Positions 60,302 through 64,000 of a stretch of 64,000 nt of DNA are shown here, in pieces. The DNA is from Thermoanaerobaculia bacterium (GTDB lineage Bacteria > Acidobacteriota > Thermoanaerobaculia > UBA5066). Position 1 is the stretch's first letter, and each line of letters begins with the position of its first letter. The DNA is taken from NCBI GenBank assembly GCA_963816185.1, contig CAWFJJ010000030.1:96001-160000 (forward strand), in the 5' to 3' direction. The position numbers and the translations under genes are program-made. The notes under the pieces are model-generated. The model worked only from the letters and a program-made list of their open reading frames with translations, was not told the DNA's origin and searched no databases.

Positions 60302-61888
60302 TCACCTTCCGCCGAGGGCGTCGTAGAGCAGCCAGAGCCCCGCGAATGCACGGAGATGCCGGAAGCGCGAGCGGGTCAGGTGATTCCACGGCTCGATGCC
60401 CTCCGATTCGGCTGCGGCGAGCGCCTGTCGGAAGAGGCCGTCGACCTCCCGGGCGCGCGCGAGGCACTTGCCCGCGGGTTGGAGCGTGCTCTCGGAGGCG
60501 GACGAGTCTCCCACCTCGCCGACGAGGTCGCGCAACTTGTGCGCCTCTTCGTCCATTCTCTGCCGAAGGACGGCGGCGTTGAAGAAGAGGCGGTCTCGTT
60601 CGGCTGCGGGCTCTCCGTCCTTGCCTTTACGAAGGACCCGGAGGGTCGACCGCACCTCCCAGGTCTCGAGCCGGGCTCCGTGCACGGGCACGCCGCTCGG
60701 CGGGTCCGACCGGACGAGATCCACGCTCGCGAAGAGGCGGCGGGAGCTCTCGGACGTGAGGCGGTCCGTCTCGGCGCGCCAAGCGATCCCCGCGCCCGTG
60801 TCCCGTCGGATCGGCAGGGGTGTCGCACCTTTCGACACCTCGCTCTTCCGGCGGCCGCCCGTTCCGGCGGTCGAATCCGAGCCCACGTCGAACTCCTCCG
60901 CAGCCGCGGGATCGAGGCGTGAGAGGAGCTTGTGGAGCGACTCCTTCAGCCTCTTGACGTCGCGCGGGCGCACCCCGCGCCGGCGGCTCGCCTTCTCGAA
61001 CTCGTCCTTGTCCTTGCGAAAGCGCTCGAGATCGTCGCGGAACTCGGGGCTCATGAAGCGGGCGTCCTGCTCGAGGTCCTTTTCTTTCTCGAGAACCTCG
61101 CGGGAGGCCGAGAGGATGCGCTTCTCCTCCTCCTTGTAAAGGAGCTGGAACTTCTTCTTCACCGCGACGTTCGACGAGAGGATCGCCTGCATGACCTCGG
61201 AGTCGTAGAACGCCCTTCCCATCCGGTGCTTCAGCGTGCGGATGTTCTCGAGCGTCCTGCGCTTGGAGAGGTCCTCGAAGCGTTCGCAGGCTTCGAGGTC
61301 GCGGCGAAGGATGTCCAGGAGGGAGACGACGGACTTCACCTCGGCGGCATCGGCCCGCTGCCGCACCATGAGAGAGAGAAGCGCCTCGCTCAGCTTCTGC
61401 AGCTCGGGGGCGGACTTGAGCTCGGTCTCGCCCACTTTTCCCGCCGTGGTGCCGAGGCGCGTCATGAGGAAGTCTACCTTGTCCATCTCGTCGGACGAGA
61501 GCGTCGGCGTGTAGTAATAGAACTTCACGATCGAGAGGAGCAGCTCCTCGTCGCCGGCCTTTACACGCTCGAAGAACTGGCGCATCGCGCTCGGGGAAAT
61601 CTGGCTGTCGTCCTCGGCCAGCGTCGCGTGCAGCGTGTCGAGCTGGCCGTCGAGGCGCGCCATCGCCGCGCGCGTGTCGGCTGCGGGCTCCACGCCTTTC
61701 GTCTCCTTGATGCGCTTGATCTGCTCGTAAAGGGGTGCGAAGGAGACCGCCGGCCCCGTGGCCCCACGAAGGCTCGTCCTGTGCACCCCCTGGAGGAACT
61801 GATGAAACGTCCAAAGGGTCTTGAACTTCATGGAGAGGCGGGCGTAGGCCAGCGAGATGGCTTCGGGGTCGGGCACGGTGCTCGTCAC
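60302..61888 (-). CDS. Hypothetical all-helical / coiled-coil protein (~528 aa)
   Basis: Long ORF with host-like codon usage; no recognised motif. Confidence 0.75.
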   Translation of the reverse strand: MTSTVPDPEAISLAYARLSMKFKTLWTFHQFLQGVHRTSLRGATGPAVSFAPLYEQIKRIKETKGVEPAADTRAAMARLDGQLDTLHATLAEDDSQISPSAMRQFFERVKAGDEELLLSIVKFYYYTPTLSSDEMDKVDFLMTRLGTTAGKVGETELKSAPELQKLSEALLSLMVRQRADAAEVKSVVSLLDILRRDLEACERFEDLSKRRTLENIRTLKHRMGRAFYDSEVMQAILSSNVAVKKKFQLLYKEEEKRILSASREVLEKEKDLEQDARFMSPEFRDDLERFRKDKDEFEKASRRRGVRPRDVKRLKESLHKLLSRLDPAAAEEFDVGSDSTAGTGGRRKSEVSKGATPLPIRRDTGAGIAWRAETDRLTSESSRRLFASVDLVRSDPPSGVPVHGARLETWEVRSTLRVLRKGKDGEPAAERDRLFFNAAVLRQRMDEEAHKLRDLVGEVGDSSASESTLQPAGKCLARAREVDGLFRQALAAAESEGIEPWNHLTRSRFRHLRAFAGLWLLYDALGGR

Positions 61889-61914
61889 GTTTTGCCGATG
61901 ATAGTCTGACCGCC

Positions 61915-62433
61915 ATGATCGACCGTATCCTGCTTTCCGAGGAGACGATCGCGAGACGCCTGGACGTTCTCGCGAAGGAGATCGACGCGGCATACGCGGG
62001 CAAGGATCTCCTCGCCGTCGGCATCCTGAAGGGCTCGGTGTTCTTCCTGACCGACCTCCTGAAGCGCCTCAGCGTGCCGGTCTCGGTCGACTTTCTCCAG
62101 GTGCGTTCCTATGCCGGAACGAGCTCCTCGGGAAACATCAACATCGTCCACGATCTTTCGATGGACGTCCTGGGTAGAGACGTCCTTCTCTTCGAGGACG
62201 TGATCGACACGGGCCTCACGCTCCGGAAGATCCTCGACCTCCTTGCCTCGAGAAAGCCCCGCTCCTTGAGAGTGGCGGCGCTCCTCAAGAAGAGGCTGCC
62301 CGAAAACCGCGACATCCGCACGGACTTCCTCGGGTTCGAGATCGGCCCCGAGTTCGTCATAGGCTACGGCCTCGACCTAGACGAGAAGTACCGAAATCTG
62401 CCGCACGTGGCTGTATGGGATCCAACGCGATGA
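61915..62433 (+). CDS. hpt: Hypoxanthine phosphoribosyltransferase
   Basis: GILKGS, LLFEDVIDTGLT, FVIGYGLD…YRNLP. Confidence 0.96.
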   Translation: MIDRILLSEETIARRLDVLAKEIDAAYAGKDLLAVGILKGSVFFLTDLLKRLSVPVSVDFLQVRSYAGTSSSGNINIVHDLSMDVLGRDVLLFEDVIDTGLTLRKILDLLASRKPRSLRVAALLKKRLPENRDIRTDFLGFEIGPEFVIGYGLDLDEKYRNLPHVAVWDPTR

Positions 62434-62813
62434 GCCTGAAGACGATCTCCGTCGACAACGCCCCAAAGGCCATCGGCCCCTATGCGCAGGGAATCGTGGC
62501 CGGAGGCTTCCTCTTCACCGCGGGCCAGGTGGGCCTCGACCCGGCCACGATGAAGCTCGTCCAAGGCGACGTCGCTGCCCAGACGCAGCGCGTCTTCGAC
62601 AATCTCGAGGCCGTCCTGGCGGGTGCGGGCGCTTCGCTTTCGGACGTCGTCCGCGCGGGCGTCTACCTCGTCGACATGGGCGACTTCGCGAAAATGAACG
62701 AAGTCTTTTCAGCCCGCTTCGGCGCCCACCGCCCGGCGCGGTCGACCGTCGCGGTCGCAACGCTCCCGGCCGGGGCCCGGGTGGAGATCGACCTCGTCGT
62801 CCGCGTAGGATAG
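62430..62813 (+). CDS. ridA: RidA family enamine/imine deaminase
   Basis: APKAIGPYAQ, AGQVGLDP, PARSTVAVATLP…VEID. Confidence 0.93.
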   Translation: MSLKTISVDNAPKAIGPYAQGIVAGGFLFTAGQVGLDPATMKLVQGDVAAQTQRVFDNLEAVLAGAGASLSDVVRAGVYLVDMGDFAKMNEVFSARFGAHRPARSTVAVATLPAGARVEIDLVVRVG

Positions 62814-62850
62814 GGGCCCCGTTCGGACACTCTGGACGGAAGGAGCCCCG

Positions 62851-63300
62851 ATGCGACTCACCTGCTGCCTCCCGGCCCTCGCGGTCTTCCTTCTCCTCTC
62901 CCTCCCGGCGCATGCCGATGAGACAGCGGCGACCACCCCGCCGAAGGAGGCCGCGAAGAAGGCTCCGGCTACGGCGACAGCGAAGCCCGCAGCGGCGACG
63001 GGGTCCTCCTTGACCGTGGCGCGCGATCCCGTCACGGGCGCCCTGCGCCCTCTCACGCCCGAAGAGGCGCGCAAGCTCCTGGGACGACGGCCGCAGGTCG
63101 CGGCCGCGCCCCAGGTCGTCACGCTGCCGGACGGAACCAAAGTGATGACGCTCGGCCCGGATCAAGCCAGCCTCTCCGTTGTGCGGGAGAATCCGGACGG
63201 AACTCTCACGAGCGCTTGCGTCCACGACGCCGATGAAGCACGTGCCTTCCTCGAGGCCGCGCCTCGACCCTCTCCGCCCCCCGCGACCCGCGAGAAGTAG
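62851..63300 (+). CDS. Small secreted protein upstream of the zinc peptidase
   Basis: Signal peptide; DPVTGALRPLTPEE…VTLPDGT…VVRENPDGTLTSACV. Confidence 0.7.
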   Translation: MRLTCCLPALAVFLLLSLPAHADETAATTPPKEAAKKAPATATAKPAAATGSSLTVARDPVTGALRPLTPEEARKLLGRRPQVAAAPQVVTLPDGTKVMTLGPDQASLSVVRENPDGTLTSACVHDADEARAFLEAAPRPSPPPATREK

Positions 63301-63307
63301 GCGAAAA

Positions 63308-64000
63308 ATGACGCGCCGCTTCCTCTTGCCGGCCCTTCTCCTCGCGTCTCTCGCCGCCCGGCCGCTTTTCGCCGGGGCGAACATCGTCATCGTCAACAAC
63401 GATCCGGCCGGCACCGGCCTGAGCGATCCCACCCCGGTCTCGCCCGTCGGCGGAAACGCGGGGACGACTCTCGGCGAACAGCGGCTCAACGTGTTCAAGC
63501 AGGCCGCGGCGATCTGGGGAGGGCTCCTCGCGAGCACCGTCGACATCCGGGTGAGCGCGAGCTTCACTGCTCTCGATTGCACCGCGACGACCGGCGTCCT
63601 GGGCTCGACCTATTCGAACAAGGTCTACTCCGATTTTTCGGGGGCCCCGATCGCAGGGACGTGGTACGCAAAGGCGCTCGCAAACAAGCTTCACGGCTCG
63701 GACCTCGCCCCCGCCTCGTTCGACATGATCGCGCAGTTCAACAGCAAGCTCGGCCAGACGGGCTGCCTGACGGGCACCTCGTTCTATCTCGGCCTCGACA
63801 ACAATCACGGGTCGGACATCAATTTCCTCACGGTGGCCCTGCACGAGTTCGCGCACGGGCTCGGGTTCTTCTCGGGCGTGGATTCGACGGGCGCGCTCCT
63901 CGGCAGCACGTCATCGCAGCCGACGCCGCAGCCGACCATCTTCGACCGCTTCATCTACGACGACACGCTCGGTAAGACGTGGGACAAGCTCACGGACGCC
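63308..64000 (+). CDS. Secreted zincin metallopeptidase, 3'-truncated by window edge; not in ORF track
   Basis: MTRRFLLPALL signal; GGNAGTTLGEQRL, FYLGLDNNHG, VALHEFAHGLGF (HExxH); open to window end. Confidence 0.88.
   Translation, partial: MTRRFLLPALLLASLAARPLFAGANIVIVNNDPAGTGLSDPTPVSPVGGNAGTTLGEQRLNVFKQAAAIWGGLLASTVDIRVSASFTALDCTATTGVLGSTYSNKVYSDFSGAPIAGTWYAKALANKLHGSDLAPASFDMIAQFNSKLGQTGCLTGTSFYLGLDNNHGSDINFLTVALHEFAHGLGFFSGVDSTGALLGSTSSQPTPQPTIFDRFIYDDTLGKTWDKLTDA

Overview
The window looks like two genomes joined at about 25.4 kb. The left part (1 to ~25,400) has moderate GC, AT-rich intergenic DNA, many GTAG/GTGG-led REP-like hairpins and many single-base frameshifts. It resembles a Desulfobacterota/deltaproteobacterial anaerobe (inference) and carries lon, ytfI/ytfJ-like genes, acpS, a GT2, efp, ftsB, nusB-ribH-ribBA-ribE, fbaB, lpxB and ilvE. 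The right part (~25,400-64,000) has very high GC, is TCG/CGA-rich and nearly frameshift-free. It resembles Acidobacteriota, Thermoanaerobaculia-like (inference), and carries argRCBDGHJ, two ECF sigma factors, tRNA-Pro, ggt, a Ser/Thr kinase, an EF-G paralogue, vapBC, lysS-lolC-lolD-clpC-bamA-skp-lpxD-fabZ-lpxA, hpt, ridA and a secreted zinc peptidase. The best hidden feature is a 74-aa glutaredoxin-like gene missed by the ORF track (13043-13267). It has two in-frame UGA codons, each followed by a SECIS-like hairpin, and a U-x-x-stop C-terminus. It ends an apparent four-gene redox operon headed by a cNMP-binding/Cys-less rhodanese/MauE-DoxX membrane fusion. Also notable: an unassigned structured leader RNA upstream of a 3D-domain gene, small palindromic elements inserted in frame in lysS and lpxB, and an ECF42 locus whose DGPF/YciI partner appears deleted. 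Family and taxon calls come from motif recognition only; no database searches were run.
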